Counted from the first letter of the stretch, positions 38,135-48,527 are shown. The stretch is 64,000 nucleotides of DNA from Gammaproteobacteria bacterium (GCA_014382695.1 JACNJF010000194.1:861-64860), one strand, 5' to 3'. Program-made: numbers and translations. The notes: generated from the sequence alone by a model not told the origin.

Positions 38135-39505
38135 GTGGATAGTTCACTCGAAGCAATTGAAAACAAATTGAGTGCAGCGCGCACTCGATTGATCCTGGAT
38201 AAACCATTTTTGGGGGCGCTGGTGTTGCGTCTGCCGTTGCAGGCGGCCGATCCGAGCTGGTGTGCAACCACCGGTACCGATGCCCGAAAGTTCTATTACA
38301 ATCCGGCCTATATTCAGGAGCTGCGCGCCGATGAAACCCAGTTTGTGCTGGCACACGAAGCCCTGCATTGCGCGCTGTCGCATTTTGCACGGCGCGGTCA
38401 TCGGGTTAAACACCGCTGGGATATCGCCTGTGATTATGCGATTAATCCGCTGCTGTTAGATGAAGGGCTGAAGCCGCCACCCGGCTCTCTGATGCTGCGT
38501 GAGTACCGTGGGATGACGGCGGAGGAAATCTATCCGATGATTCAGGATAACGATATGTCCGAGTCGCTGGATCAGCATCTGTACGATAAACAGGAGCAAA
38601 CCGAAGGCGGGCAGGATAAACAGCAAAATCCACTCGATCAGAAGGATTCAAAAAGTCAGTCTGGTGGTGAAGGTCAGGTGCAACGGCAGGATCAGTCGAA
38701 TAAACCTGCACAGGGCAATCAGCCTGACGAACCGGCGGATAGCGAAAAAAATCCGCAGCAGGATGAAAGCGCGGGCCTGCCGAGACAGAGCAACGATCAG
38801 TTACCCGGAAAAGCCAGCGGTGCCGCCAGTAAAGACCTGCAAAGCAGTGCACCGCAGCCGTTAACCGAATCAGAAAAATCAGATCTGCATGTGCAGTGGC
38901 AGCAGCGACTGGCTGGTTCGGCACAACAGGCGCAGCAGGCCGGTAAGCTGGGTGAAGGCATCGCGCGCATGATCGATTTTTTTCTGCAGCCGACCTTACC
39001 CTGGCGTGTATTACTGGCACGCCATATGAACAGTATTTCGCGCGACGATTACAGCTACACGCGGCCTTCCAGCCGGCGTGGCGATCCGGCGATCTATCCC
39101 AGCCTGCGTAGCCCGCAGATGAACGTGGTGGTCGCTGTCGATGTCAGTGGTTCGATCGACAAGGATGAGCTGGATGAGTTTGTGGCGGAAGTCGATTCAC
39201 TCAAATCCCAGGTTCGGGCGCGTGTCACTTTTCTGACCTGTGATTCAAAGATAACCGGTGATAGTCCTCAGATTTTTGAAGCCTGGGAGTATTGCCGCCT
39301 GCCGGAACGTATTATGGGTGGAGGCAGCACCGATTTTAACCCGGTGTTTGAGTGGGTCGAACGGCATGATGTGAAGCCGGATCTGCTGGTTTACTTTACC
39401 GACGCGGATGGACGATTCCCTCGCTGTCAGGCGCCTTATCCGGTGATCTGGCTGGTGAAAGGCCGTAAGGCCGTTCCCTGGGGCCAGAGAATTCAATTAA
39501 ATTAA
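38135..39505 (+). CDS. HExxH metallopeptidase-like N-domain + low-complexity linker + C-terminal von Willebrand A domain protein (DUF2201-like)
   Basis: LAHEALHCALSH (HExxH) near the N-terminus. ~110-aa Q/D/P/S/G-rich low-complexity segment. vWA MIDAS motif DVSGS (VVAVDVSGSIDKDEL). Probable GTG start. Confidence 0.8.
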   Translation: MDSSLEAIENKLSAARTRLILDKPFLGALVLRLPLQAADPSWCATTGTDARKFYYNPAYIQELRADETQFVLAHEALHCALSHFARRGHRVKHRWDIACDYAINPLLLDEGLKPPPGSLMLREYRGMTAEEIYPMIQDNDMSESLDQHLYDKQEQTEGGQDKQQNPLDQKDSKSQSGGEGQVQRQDQSNKPAQGNQPDEPADSEKNPQQDESAGLPRQSNDQLPGKASGAASKDLQSSAPQPLTESEKSDLHVQWQQRLAGSAQQAQQAGKLGEGIARMIDFFLQPTLPWRVLLARHMNSISRDDYSYTRPSSRRGDPAIYPSLRSPQMNVVVAVDVSGSIDKDELDEFVAEVDSLKSQVRARVTFLTCDSKITGDSPQIFEAWEYCRLPERIMGGGSTDFNPVFEWVERHDVKPDLLVYFTDADGRFPRCQAPYPVIWLVKGRKAVPWGQRIQLN

Positions 39506-39513
39506 GCGGTCTT

Positions 39514-40632
39514 ATGCAATTATCCAATGAAGATAACCTGCGCCTGAATGTGTTGCTGGCGCAGGACCTGAAAGCGGTTCGCATCGATGAATCGAAAATG
39601 ATCGTGTATGCCTTATCCAGTCGCGGGGATGCCAAAATCCAGCTCAATCCGACTGGCAAGGATGAAAAATATATCCGCCTGGTAAAAGAGCTGCTGTCGA
39701 ACAAGATTATGGGTTCTCCTGGCGGTTATCCGGTGTATATCAAGCGCTGGACACGCATGGGGCAGGAACGTCAGCAGGAAAGCCTGGCGCAATTGCTGTT
39801 ACTGGGTGAGCCGGAAGCGGTGGTGGCGGTGGTGCATGCTCCAACCCTGAGTACCGATATCGCACGCCATGCGTGGTGGGCATTCCCGTCCTCTGAAAAT
39901 GCGCGCCGGTTACTGGAAAAAAAATCCATCGTGGATTCCGATCTGGCGCGAGAGCTGGTCGAGTTTTTACTCGAGTTCCTGCCGTTTGAGATAGAGCACA
40001 GAGACATGATCGATTCGGTTCGATTATGCCTGCAAAATGACCTGTTAACCGCTGCTGAAATCGACGATCTGTGGAAACGGGCGCGGCGTAAACAGAGTCT
40101 GTATGTCGGGTTTTTACACAGCCAGCCGGATGCTCTGCCGGATCAGGCCGGTGCACATCCGCTGTATAAACCGTTGCAGCAGTCTTTGCAGCCACTGGTC
40201 GAGCAGGGCAATGTGTACGCGATCCAGCTATTGCGCTACCTGTCGGAGCCGGGGCAGGGCTTTCTCAGAACCATCATCCGGGTGCTTGAAAAAGCCGCCA
40301 GCCAGGATACGATCGTTTCACTGTTTCAGGCGCTGTCAAACTATAACCGCCTGTTACCTCTGGCATCGGTGAAGCAGCGCGATATCAAGAATGCGGAGCA
40401 GCTGGTCACGGTATGGATAAGTGGCAAGCAGGATGAGCAACTGGTGAGCTGTCTTGAGGCCTGTGCACAATATAGCGATCAGATTCGAGCCATGCTGGTC
40501 ATATCTCAGCTGGATGAAGTGACGCTGTTTCCGATTTTTGGCCTGACCGATGCACTGGGCACGGTGATGCGCAAAAAACTTGAGCCGGTCACCGGCCCTT
40601 TATTGCAACATATCCGGCAGCTGTTACATTAG
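39514..40632 (+). CDS. hypothetical 372-aa helical protein, fourth gene of the Sel1-AAA-vWA operon
   Basis: Starts 8 nt after the vWA stop. No recognisable domain or motif. Predicted soluble, alpha-helical. Confidence 0.7.
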   Translation: MQLSNEDNLRLNVLLAQDLKAVRIDESKMIVYALSSRGDAKIQLNPTGKDEKYIRLVKELLSNKIMGSPGGYPVYIKRWTRMGQERQQESLAQLLLLGEPEAVVAVVHAPTLSTDIARHAWWAFPSSENARRLLEKKSIVDSDLARELVEFLLEFLPFEIEHRDMIDSVRLCLQNDLLTAAEIDDLWKRARRKQSLYVGFLHSQPDALPDQAGAHPLYKPLQQSLQPLVEQGNVYAIQLLRYLSEPGQGFLRTIIRVLEKAASQDTIVSLFQALSNYNRLLPLASVKQRDIKNAEQLVTVWISGKQDEQLVSCLEACAQYSDQIRAMLVISQLDEVTLFPIFGLTDALGTVMRKKLEPVTGPLLQHIRQLLH

Positions 40633-40731
40633 GCGAAGTTCGTGGAGTGCAACTATCGGTTGCGCGATGTTTTCTATATAATGATTTCCTTATATTAAAT
40701 TTAAGGCCTCCAACTGGAGCGGGTGTATGCG

Positions 40732-42132
40732 ATGAAGTACCTTCCGATATTTTATGAAATCACCGATAAGCCCTGTGTAGTGATCGGAGGCGGGGGGATT
40801 GCCGCACGTAAAGCCGACCTGTTACATCAGGCGGGTGCCAGAGTCAGTGTGATTTCCCCCGAGCTGGGCGATGAAATGTCGCGCTTTCAACAACAGGGTA
40901 AGATTAGCTGGCAGCAACGTAATTTTGAGGCAGGTGATCTGACCGATTATTTTCTGGTGATCGCCGCAACCAGTGACAGGCGGGTCAATGAACAGGCTGC
41001 GGCTGAAGCACTGGTGCTGAAGATTCCCTGTAATGTGGTGGATAACCCAGAGCTATGCAGTTTCATCATGCCTTCGATTATCAACCGGGATCCAGTACAG
41101 ATTGCGGTATCTACCGGTGGCGCATCACCGGTGCTAGCACGTCTGATTCGGACCAATCTGGAAAGCTGTACGCCATCGGCCTATGGCAAGCTGGCGAAGC
41201 TGGTCGAAAAGTATCGTGACCGGGTCAAAAGTACCTTCCCACGCGTGGTCGAGCGTCGTAAATTCTGGGAGTCTATTCTGGAAGGGCCGGTGGCTGAACA
41301 TATCTTTGCCGGTCGTAACGACGATGCCCGACAGTTGATTGAACAACTGATCGACAAGGCCGATTCCAACCCGTCCTATAAAGGTGAAGTGTTTCTGGTA
41401 GGTGCCGGTCCGGGAGACCCCGACCTGCTCACCTTTCGCGCCTTACGCCTGATGCAAAAGGCCGATGTCATCGTCTACGATCGACTGGTTTCGCAACCGA
41501 TCATGGATCTGGTGCGGCGTGACGCGGAGCGCATCTACGCCGGCAAGGAACGCTCCCATCATGCGATACCCCAGGAAAACATCAATCAGTTGCTGGTGCG
41601 GTTGGCCAAAGAAGGCAAACGTGTACTACGCCTGAAAGGTGGCGATAACTTCATTTTCGGACGCGGTGGTGAAGAAATATCTGAATTGATCGATGAAGAT
41701 ATCCCGTTTCAGGTCGTGCCCGGTATAACTGCCGCTTCCGGTTGTACAACCTACGCAGGTATTCCGTTAACCCACCGTGATTATGCGCAGGCCTGTATCT
41801 TTGTGACCGGCCACCTGAAGGATGGCTCCAGTGATCTGAACTGGGATATGTTGTCGCATGCGAATCAAACGGTGGTTTTTTACATGGGGCTGGTGAATGT
41901 TCAGTCGATCTGCGATTCACTCAAACAACATGGCCGAGCCGCCTCTACACCGGCTGCGTTGATCGAAAAAGGTACAACGCCGGAACAACGGGTTTTTATC
42001 GGTGATCTGGATACCTTACCGGGGCTGGTGAACCAGAATAATGTCAAGGCCCCGACCCTGATTGTGGTCGGTGAAGTGGTGGAGTTGCATAAGAAACTGC
42101 ACTGGTTCAAGCCGGGCGAAGAGATTAAATAG
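40732..42132 (+). CDS. cysG: siroheme synthase (uroporphyrinogen-III C-methyltransferase / precorrin-2 dehydrogenase / sirohydrochlorin ferrochelatase)
   Basis: Colinear with E. coli CysG (LPIF...GGG.VA.RKA.LL; VVLVGAGPGD.LLT; RLKGGD.FIFGRGGEE; VPGITAASGC..YAGIPLTHRDYAQ). The ORF track's start 3 codons upstream (40723) is also possible. Confidence 0.95.
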   Translation: MKYLPIFYEITDKPCVVIGGGGIAARKADLLHQAGARVSVISPELGDEMSRFQQQGKISWQQRNFEAGDLTDYFLVIAATSDRRVNEQAAAEALVLKIPCNVVDNPELCSFIMPSIINRDPVQIAVSTGGASPVLARLIRTNLESCTPSAYGKLAKLVEKYRDRVKSTFPRVVERRKFWESILEGPVAEHIFAGRNDDARQLIEQLIDKADSNPSYKGEVFLVGAGPGDPDLLTFRALRLMQKADVIVYDRLVSQPIMDLVRRDAERIYAGKERSHHAIPQENINQLLVRLAKEGKRVLRLKGGDNFIFGRGGEEISELIDEDIPFQVVPGITAASGCTTYAGIPLTHRDYAQACIFVTGHLKDGSSDLNWDMLSHANQTVVFYMGLVNVQSICDSLKQHGRAASTPAALIEKGTTPEQRVFIGDLDTLPGLVNQNNVKAPTLIVVGEVVELHKKLHWFKPGEEIK

Positions 42133-42236
42133 CCCCGTAGAGTGTTCCTGTAGGACTATGATGGCAATCATGCTTCTTCCTGAGGTGTATTACCTGGCGT
42201 TGCCAATTACATTGAAAACTAGTTTGTACCATCTCA

Positions 42237-42812
42237 GTGCTGATTTCCGAGTATCCGATGCTTAAAAGCTATTTTAAAAGGATGTGTGGTCAGGGCGATA
42301 AATGCCGTGAAACTTATACCCCTGTCTGGTTACTGTGGTCAGTTGTGGGGGGATCGCTTGCCATACTGATCATCTCCTTTACCCATCAGTGGATACCGAT
42401 TTCGCATGCCAGCAGTCTGTTTTTGATCGGCTCTTTTGGTGCCTCTTCGGTTCTCATTTTCGGCACACCGAATGTACCCTATGCCCAGCCCAGGAACCTG
42501 CTCGGAGGGCATCTGATCTCTGCCCTGATCGGGGTGACGATCGCTCAATATGTGATTTTACCGATTGAATTTCAGGCGGCGCTGGTGGTTTCGCTGGCGA
42601 TACTGTTTATGCTGCTCACCAATACGGTGCATCCACCCGGCGGGGCAACCGGGCTGATCGCCGTAATCGGACATGATGGAGTGCATGAAATGGGTTACCA
42701 CTTCGTGTTGCAACCAGTACTGTCAGGCCTGTTGATCATGCTGGTGATTGCGTTGCTGTTCAATAATCTGAGTTCTGATTGTGAACGTCATTATCCCCGG
42801 CACTGGTGGTAG
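42237..42812 (+). CDS. HPP-family membrane protein
   Basis: Four TM helices and the characteristic VHPPGGATGL motif. Confidence 0.75.
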   Translation: MLISEYPMLKSYFKRMCGQGDKCRETYTPVWLLWSVVGGSLAILIISFTHQWIPISHASSLFLIGSFGASSVLIFGTPNVPYAQPRNLLGGHLISALIGVTIAQYVILPIEFQAALVVSLAILFMLLTNTVHPPGGATGLIAVIGHDGVHEMGYHFVLQPVLSGLLIMLVIALLFNNLSSDCERHYPRHWW

Positions 42813-42891
42813 GACCGCGTATTAATTGCTAAGTATCCGGACATATTAGCAATTACTTATATATTCGGGTAGAATCCGCGCCTTTTAATCT

Positions 42892-44463
42892 GTGCAAGGC
42901 GAATCTATGTTCCAACTCACCTGTCCTGGTAAACAATGTGTAAAAAATGATGTGTTATCCGGTCTGACCGTCGCGTTGGCGCTGGTTCCGGAAGCAGTCG
43001 CTTTTGCCTTTGTCGCGGGTGTCGAACCTCTGGTAGGCCTGTACGGCGCCTTTATGATGGGAATCATCACCGCTTTTATCGGCGGTCGTCCCGGTATGAT
43101 TTCTGGAGCCACCGGTGCGATGGCGGTGGTGATGGTGTCGCTGGTTGCTCAGCATGGGGTCGAGTATCTGTTTGCCGCGATTATCGTCACCGGTTTGATC
43201 CAGATGAGTGCCGGTGTGCTGCGCCTGGGCAAGTTTATCCGTCTGGTGCCTTTCCCGGTAATGCTGGGTTTCGTGAATGGTCTCGCCATCGTTATTTTTC
43301 TGGCCCAGTTACAGCAGTTCAAGGTGATTTCAGCCGATGGTGGGCTGGAGTGGATGAGCGGACAGTCATTGTTGATTATGCTGGGTCTGATTGCGCTGAC
43401 CATGGCGATCATCCACTTTTTACCTCGTTTTACGGTTGCTGTTCCAGCTTCTTTGGCTGCCATTATTACAGTGACTCTGCTGGTCATCGGACTGGACCTG
43501 GATAGCCGCTCGGTGGTTGATGTATTGCGTGATATGACGGGCGATATGCAGGCCACGATTGCGGGTGGTCTACCTTCGTTTCATCTACCCGTTGTGCCGT
43601 TTAACTGGGAAACACTGCGGATCATTCTGCCTTACAGCATTATTCTGGCTGGTGTTGGCCTGATTGAGTCGCTGCTGACGCTGAATCTGGTGGATGATCT
43701 GACCGAAACCCGTGGGCGTGGTAATCAGGAGTGTGTCGGGCAGGGAATCGGTAATACCGTCAATGGCCTGTTTGGCGGAATGGGCGGCTGTGCCATGATC
43801 GGACAGTCCATGATCAATATCAATTCGGGAGGCAAGGGCCGCCTGTCAGGCATCAGCGCGGCGCTGTTTCTGCTGGGATTTATTCTGTTCGCTTCCGGCC
43901 TGATCGAAATCATCCCGGTCGCAGCGCTGGTCGGGGTGATGTTCATGGTGGTGCTTGGCACCTTTGAATGGGCCACCTTTCGCATGATCGGTAAAGTGCC
44001 GTTGGCGGATATTCTGATTACCATTCTGGTTGCGGCTGTCACCGTTATATCGGATCTGGCGATCGCCGTTATCGTCGGCGTCATCGTGTCGGCACTGGTA
44101 TTTGCCTGGGAGCATGCCAAGCACATGAACGCGAAGTCTTTTATCGATGAAAATGGCAGTAAAATCTATGAGCTAAACGGGCCGCTGTTCTTTGGTTCGG
44201 TGCATGCCTTTCATGAACTGTTTAATCCACGCGAAGACCCGGATGATGTAATCATCGATTTTTATAATTCACGGGTTGCCGATCATTCCGGCATCGAAGC
44301 CATCGATAGTCTGGCTGAGCGTTATCAGCGTAACGGTAAAACACTGCATCTCAAGCATCTGAGCGAAGAATGCAAGCTGCTGCTACATACGGCCGGAAAC
44401 CTGGTAGAAGTGAATGTAATGGAAGATCCGGTATACCATGTGGCGGATGATCTGCTGGATTAG
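42892..44463 (+). CDS. SulP-family anion permease with C-terminal STAS domain
   Basis: Sulfate-transporter core TM pattern (GL.VAL.LVPEA.A.A..AGV.P..GLY) and C-terminal STAS (anti-sigma-factor-antagonist-like) domain. 523 aa. Confidence 0.9.
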   Translation: MQGESMFQLTCPGKQCVKNDVLSGLTVALALVPEAVAFAFVAGVEPLVGLYGAFMMGIITAFIGGRPGMISGATGAMAVVMVSLVAQHGVEYLFAAIIVTGLIQMSAGVLRLGKFIRLVPFPVMLGFVNGLAIVIFLAQLQQFKVISADGGLEWMSGQSLLIMLGLIALTMAIIHFLPRFTVAVPASLAAIITVTLLVIGLDLDSRSVVDVLRDMTGDMQATIAGGLPSFHLPVVPFNWETLRIILPYSIILAGVGLIESLLTLNLVDDLTETRGRGNQECVGQGIGNTVNGLFGGMGGCAMIGQSMININSGGKGRLSGISAALFLLGFILFASGLIEIIPVAALVGVMFMVVLGTFEWATFRMIGKVPLADILITILVAAVTVISDLAIAVIVGVIVSALVFAWEHAKHMNAKSFIDENGSKIYELNGPLFFGSVHAFHELFNPREDPDDVIIDFYNSRVADHSGIEAIDSLAERYQRNGKTLHLKHLSEECKLLLHTAGNLVEVNVMEDPVYHVADDLLD

Positions 44464-45083
44464 CGAGCAATCCATTCGGCCTGTGAGATCACTGCACCAC
44501 GCAGGGTTATTTTTCCATTATAACGTTCACCCGGCTGGATGATGCCGACGCCTTTCGGGGTTCCTGTCATCACGATATCGCCGTCATTCAGCGTCATAAA
44601 ACGACTGATTTCGTTTAAAATGGTGGCTGGTTTATACAGCATCAGACTGGTATCGGCCTTTTGTACGGTGGTGCCGTTTATCTCCAGTTCCAGAGTCAAC
44701 GCCGGATCAACCTCGGATATCCTCACAAACGGGCTAAACAGTGCTGCGCCATCAAACGCTTTGGCCCGTTCCCACGGTAAGCCTTTAGCCTTGAGTTTAT
44801 CCTGCAGTGCGCGTTTGGTTAGATCAAGCCCAAACCCTACCGCTGCAAAACGCCCGTCCTCAACCACAAAACACAGCTCACCTTCGTAATTGATAGCTTC
44901 CTGATGGATCGCGTGCAGTTGATCGGATATGGCTGAATTAGGTTTGCTGAACACGACCATTTCATCGGCGACTTCATTCTTCAATTCTTCAATGTGGGCC
45001 GCATAGTTACGCCCAACGCAGACAATTTTTCCGGGAGTCAGTTGTTGCTGGCCTATTTGAATCTTGTTCATTGCTTTGCTCAT
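44460..45083 (-). CDS. fumarylacetoacetate hydrolase (FAH) family protein, YcgM-like
   Basis: [15 protein letters not shown]... and [13 protein letters not shown] match FAH-family signatures and E. coli YcgM. Confidence 0.85.
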   Translation of the reverse strand: MSKAMNKIQIGQQQLTPGKIVCVGRNYAAHIEELKNEVADEMVVFSKPNSAISDQLHAIHQEAINYEGELCFVVEDGRFAAVGFGLDLTKRALQDKLKAKGLPWERAKAFDGAALFSPFVRISEVDPALTLELEINGTTVQKADTSLMLYKPATILNEISRFMTLNDGDIVMTGTPKGVGIIQPGERYNGKITLRGAVISQAEWIAR

Positions 45084-45407
45084 GTTAGTTTCTCTGCAGT
45101 CGGAGTGGCGCTAAAGGTGGCGAAATAGTCTAGCAGTAACTCGATAAATAAGCGCCATTTTAGCAGCATGATGCGTCAGTAATCGACTAGTAGTGGACTA
45201 CTGAATTCACGAGGGGAGGTTGGGTGCTCCGTTAGTATGCGATCCGGCTGACTGTCTTCAAAACAGAAACAGTGTATCAATAATTTCACATATTGTTTTT
45301 ATTCGGTGCAGGCCTAATACTTTATTTCAATCAGATGAAGTTTCATAACAAAACTTTTGGTTGACCTGTAAACACTAAATAACAACGAATCCGTAGAGGA
45401 AAATTGA

Positions 45408-46001
45408 ATGAATAAATTTGTCAAAAAATCTTTAACTGTCATGACTTTATTGGGCACCCTGAGCCTGACCCAACCGGTTATGGCTGAAATGGCTTCAGCT
45501 GGAAATTATACGATCGACCCAGGTCATACTTTCGTCACTTTCAGTGTCAGTCACCTTGGTTTCAGTGAATTACAGGGTCGTTTTAACACCGTTGAAGGTA
45601 GCATGAAATATACACCTAATGGCGCATCGAGTGTTGAAGTCACGATCGATGCCGCCAGTGTGGATAGCAACCATCAGAAACGTGATGATCATTTGCGTGG
45701 TCCTGATTTCTTCAACGCGAAGCAGTTTCCTCAGATCAAGTTTGCATCCAGCAAAGTCCATTACGGCGCTTCCGGAGAACCCAGTCGTGTCGATGGAAAC
45801 TTCACTTTACACGGTGTTACCAAAGCGGTGTCTCTGGATGTGACTCCAGTCGGTGCAGGTAGCGATCCCTGGGGTGGTTACCGTTCTGGCTACAATGCCT
45901 CTACCAAGATCAAACGCAGTGACTACGGGATGAACTATATGCCTGGTGGTATCGGTGATGAGATTTCAATCAAACTTTATATCGAACTGACAAAGAATTA
46001 A
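45408..46001 (+). CDS. yceI: YceI-family periplasmic polyisoprenoid-binding protein
   Basis: Signal peptide. Y.IDP.HT...F.V.HLG.S...G.F ... HL....FF YceI-like pattern. Confidence 0.85.
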   Translation: MNKFVKKSLTVMTLLGTLSLTQPVMAEMASAGNYTIDPGHTFVTFSVSHLGFSELQGRFNTVEGSMKYTPNGASSVEVTIDAASVDSNHQKRDDHLRGPDFFNAKQFPQIKFASSKVHYGASGEPSRVDGNFTLHGVTKAVSLDVTPVGAGSDPWGGYRSGYNASTKIKRSDYGMNYMPGGIGDEISIKLYIELTKN

Positions 46002-46039
46002 TGGAGTGCTGGCTATTCGTCAAGCATGACGAGTAGCCA

Positions 46040-46843
46040 TTGACTCTGGTGACCCGGATGAATCTTCAATTACAACTTGCCCTTCAGGTTTTGCTGCTAC
46101 CGCTGGTACTGTCTTTTGTGGTGTGGCATGCGGGCTTAAAAAGTCATCGATTTAACCTGCTAGCATTGTTTCTAATCTGGGTTATCAGTTTTGTGTGGAT
46201 AAAAGGCATGCCAGCTTTTCCACCTGCAGAAGCGGTAGAGTGGGTGGTATTAATCGGCCTGCTGTATGCCATTATCAGTATCAGCTTTAAATCTGCCGTC
46301 ATTCCATTGCTGCTGAATGCCGCCATTTTGTTGCTTGGAATTGTAATCTTGACCTGGCCGGTACTGATCCGTGCTTCAGACCCACAGTTTTTTTTAGAAC
46401 TCTTTTTGTTTGCTTCACTCGGAATAATAATACCCCTCCTCTTGAAACGCGCTTCTCCTTCCAGTCCAGCTTTAACAGTGGGAATCAGCAATGCTGGTCT
46501 CGCTGCGATATCTGGGCTGGGTGGGAGTCTTTTAATTGGACAACTGGCTGGGGTCGCGGCCTCGTTGCTGGGTGCTTTTATACTGTATGAGCTGCTTTCA
46601 AAACTGCACAATTCTGAATTACCACCTCGATCCCTTAATCTGATGGTGAACCTGCATATCTGGCTTGCGCTAATCGCTAGAGTATATGCGGAAGTGGCAC
46701 TTATTCCCGTTGTACTGGTTAGTCTGTCGTTGTTGTTTGGTTTGACCGTTCGCTGGCGCTACGCCTCTGTAGTGTCGTTACTGTTGAGTTTGGGAGCTTT
46801 GGGCTGGTTGTTAGCGACCAGCGATAACTCCAGCTATTACTAG
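46040..46843 (+). CDS. hypothetical polytopic membrane protein (267 aa)
   Basis: At least 7 hydrophobic helices. No motif recognised. Start may be the ATG (MNLQL) 18 nt downstream of the TTG given in the track. Confidence 0.5.
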   Translation: MTLVTRMNLQLQLALQVLLLPLVLSFVVWHAGLKSHRFNLLALFLIWVISFVWIKGMPAFPPAEAVEWVVLIGLLYAIISISFKSAVIPLLLNAAILLLGIVILTWPVLIRASDPQFFLELFLFASLGIIIPLLLKRASPSSPALTVGISNAGLAAISGLGGSLLIGQLAGVAASLLGAFILYELLSKLHNSELPPRSLNLMVNLHIWLALIARVYAEVALIPVVLVSLSLLFGLTVRWRYASVVSLLLSLGALGWLLATSDNSSYY

Positions 46844-46918
46844 TCCGATTCTTTGTGGCAGCAAGGTTTCTGTATGTATAGCATTTCTTTTCTTTAAATT
46901 TTTATTTCAGGTAGCCCG

Positions 46919-47875
46919 ATGTTAGTTAATGGAAAATGGAGCAAGGACTTTGATCCTGTACAGGCGGTCGATGAAGATGGCCGCTTTATCCGTCAGGATT
47001 CCCAGTTTCGCAACTGGATAACTCCCGATGGAAGTGCTGGAATAACCGGCAAAGCCGGTTTTAAAGCAGAGTCGGAACGCTATCATCTGTATGTTGCTTT
47101 AATCTGCCCCTGGGCCTGCCGCACACTGATGGCTCGCAAAATTAAAAAGCTGGAAGCTCTAATTTCGGTCAGTGTGGTGGAGCCTTATCTGCAGGATGAA
47201 TGCTGGAGTTTTGGCGCATACCCAGGCGCTGACATTGAGCCTCTGTATGGTTTTAAGTATGCCCACCAGCTCTACACCCGTGCCGATGGCAACTACAGTG
47301 GTCAGGTCACCGTACCCGTGCTGTGGGATAAACAACAGCATACCATTGTGAATAATGAGTCGGCCGATATCGTGCGCATGCTGAACAGTGGTTTTGGTGA
47401 TCTGGCTGATAATACGGTTGATCTGTACCCATTGGATCTGAGAGCTGAAATCGATGCCGTCAATGAACGTCTTTACGATAGCTTTAACAATGGCGTGTAT
47501 CAGGCTGGATTTGCTTCTACCCAGTTTGCATATGAGGAGGCGGTCGCAAAAGTATTCGACAGTCTGGCTTTTTTACAGCAGCAACTGGAAGGGCAGGATT
47601 ACCTGGTTGGTAATCGTCTGACCGAGGCTGATATTCGTGCGTTTGTGACGCTGATTCGTTTTGATACTGCTTATTACGGCCTGTTTAAAACCAATCTGGC
47701 CCAGGTCAGGGATTACCCGACTATTCTGGCGTATATGCAACGAATCTATGCGTTACCGGGGGTGGCTGAAACCGTAAATTTTGATCATATCAAGCAGGGA
47801 TACTACTCGATTAAAATGTTGAACCCTCTGGGAATAATTCCGCAAGGGCCTGATCTGTCCTATATAACGGGGTAA
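46919..47875 (+). CDS. yqjG: glutathionyl-hydroquinone reductase (Xi-class GST, YqjG/ECM4 family)
   Basis: Colinear with E. coli YqjG including the CPWA(C/H)R active site, SGQVTVPVLWDK..HTIVNNES and AETVNFDHIK. Confidence 0.92.
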   Translation: MLVNGKWSKDFDPVQAVDEDGRFIRQDSQFRNWITPDGSAGITGKAGFKAESERYHLYVALICPWACRTLMARKIKKLEALISVSVVEPYLQDECWSFGAYPGADIEPLYGFKYAHQLYTRADGNYSGQVTVPVLWDKQQHTIVNNESADIVRMLNSGFGDLADNTVDLYPLDLRAEIDAVNERLYDSFNNGVYQAGFASTQFAYEEAVAKVFDSLAFLQQQLEGQDYLVGNRLTEADIRAFVTLIRFDTAYYGLFKTNLAQVRDYPTILAYMQRIYALPGVAETVNFDHIKQGYYSIKMLNPLGIIPQGPDLSYITG

Positions 47876-47943
47876 TGCTGGCATCTGGAAAATGTGACGC
47901 GCGCTGGTTCGATCCAGTAGCCAAAAGCATTTAACCGGGTAAT

Positions 47944-48390
47944 TCAGCTATTCTGCGTTAGAATTCTGTCCAGGTGGTTGGCAAAGGTCTTCCGATCGCT
48001 CTGATTGAGTGGCGGCGGCCCTCCGGTATCGACTCCACTGGAGCGCAGGCTATCCATAAAATCGCGCATATTCAGACGCGAGCGGATATTTTCGACGGTA
48101 TACAGTTCACCACGTGGGCTAAGCGAAGTTCCGCCTTTATCAATCACTTCTGCTGCTAGTGGTATATCACTGGTAATCACCAGATCCCCACTTTGCATGC
48201 GCTTTACGATTTCATTATCGGCTACATCAAAACCACTCTGCACACGAATCGATTTAATATATTTCGATGGAGGCACCGCAACCGACTGATTGGCAATCAG
48301 CGTTAGCTGGGTTGCGGTACGGTTGGCCGCTTTAAACAGTATGTCCTTGATGACAACAGGACAGGCATCGGCATCACACCAGATTTTCAT
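47944..48390 (-). CDS. yaiI: UPF0178/YaiI (DUF188) family protein
   Basis: [12 protein letters not shown]-terminus characteristic of YaiI. 148 aa. Confidence 0.8.
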   Translation of the reverse strand: MKIWCDADACPVVIKDILFKAANRTATQLTLIANQSVAVPPSKYIKSIRVQSGFDVADNEIVKRMQSGDLVITSDIPLAAEVIDKGGTSLSPRGELYTVENIRSRLNMRDFMDSLRSSGVDTGGPPPLNQSDRKTFANHLDRILTQNS

Positions 48391-48527
48391 AGCTTCGAAT
48401 TCACGGGGTTAAATGAGAGGCTGGAATTAGCCTTGAGCGGGCAGCGAGTTTACCTCACGCTATGCTAGCTGAACAGCGAGGATCGGAGTAAAGTTAACCT
48501 GAAGAAGGTTAGATCGGAGGACACATC

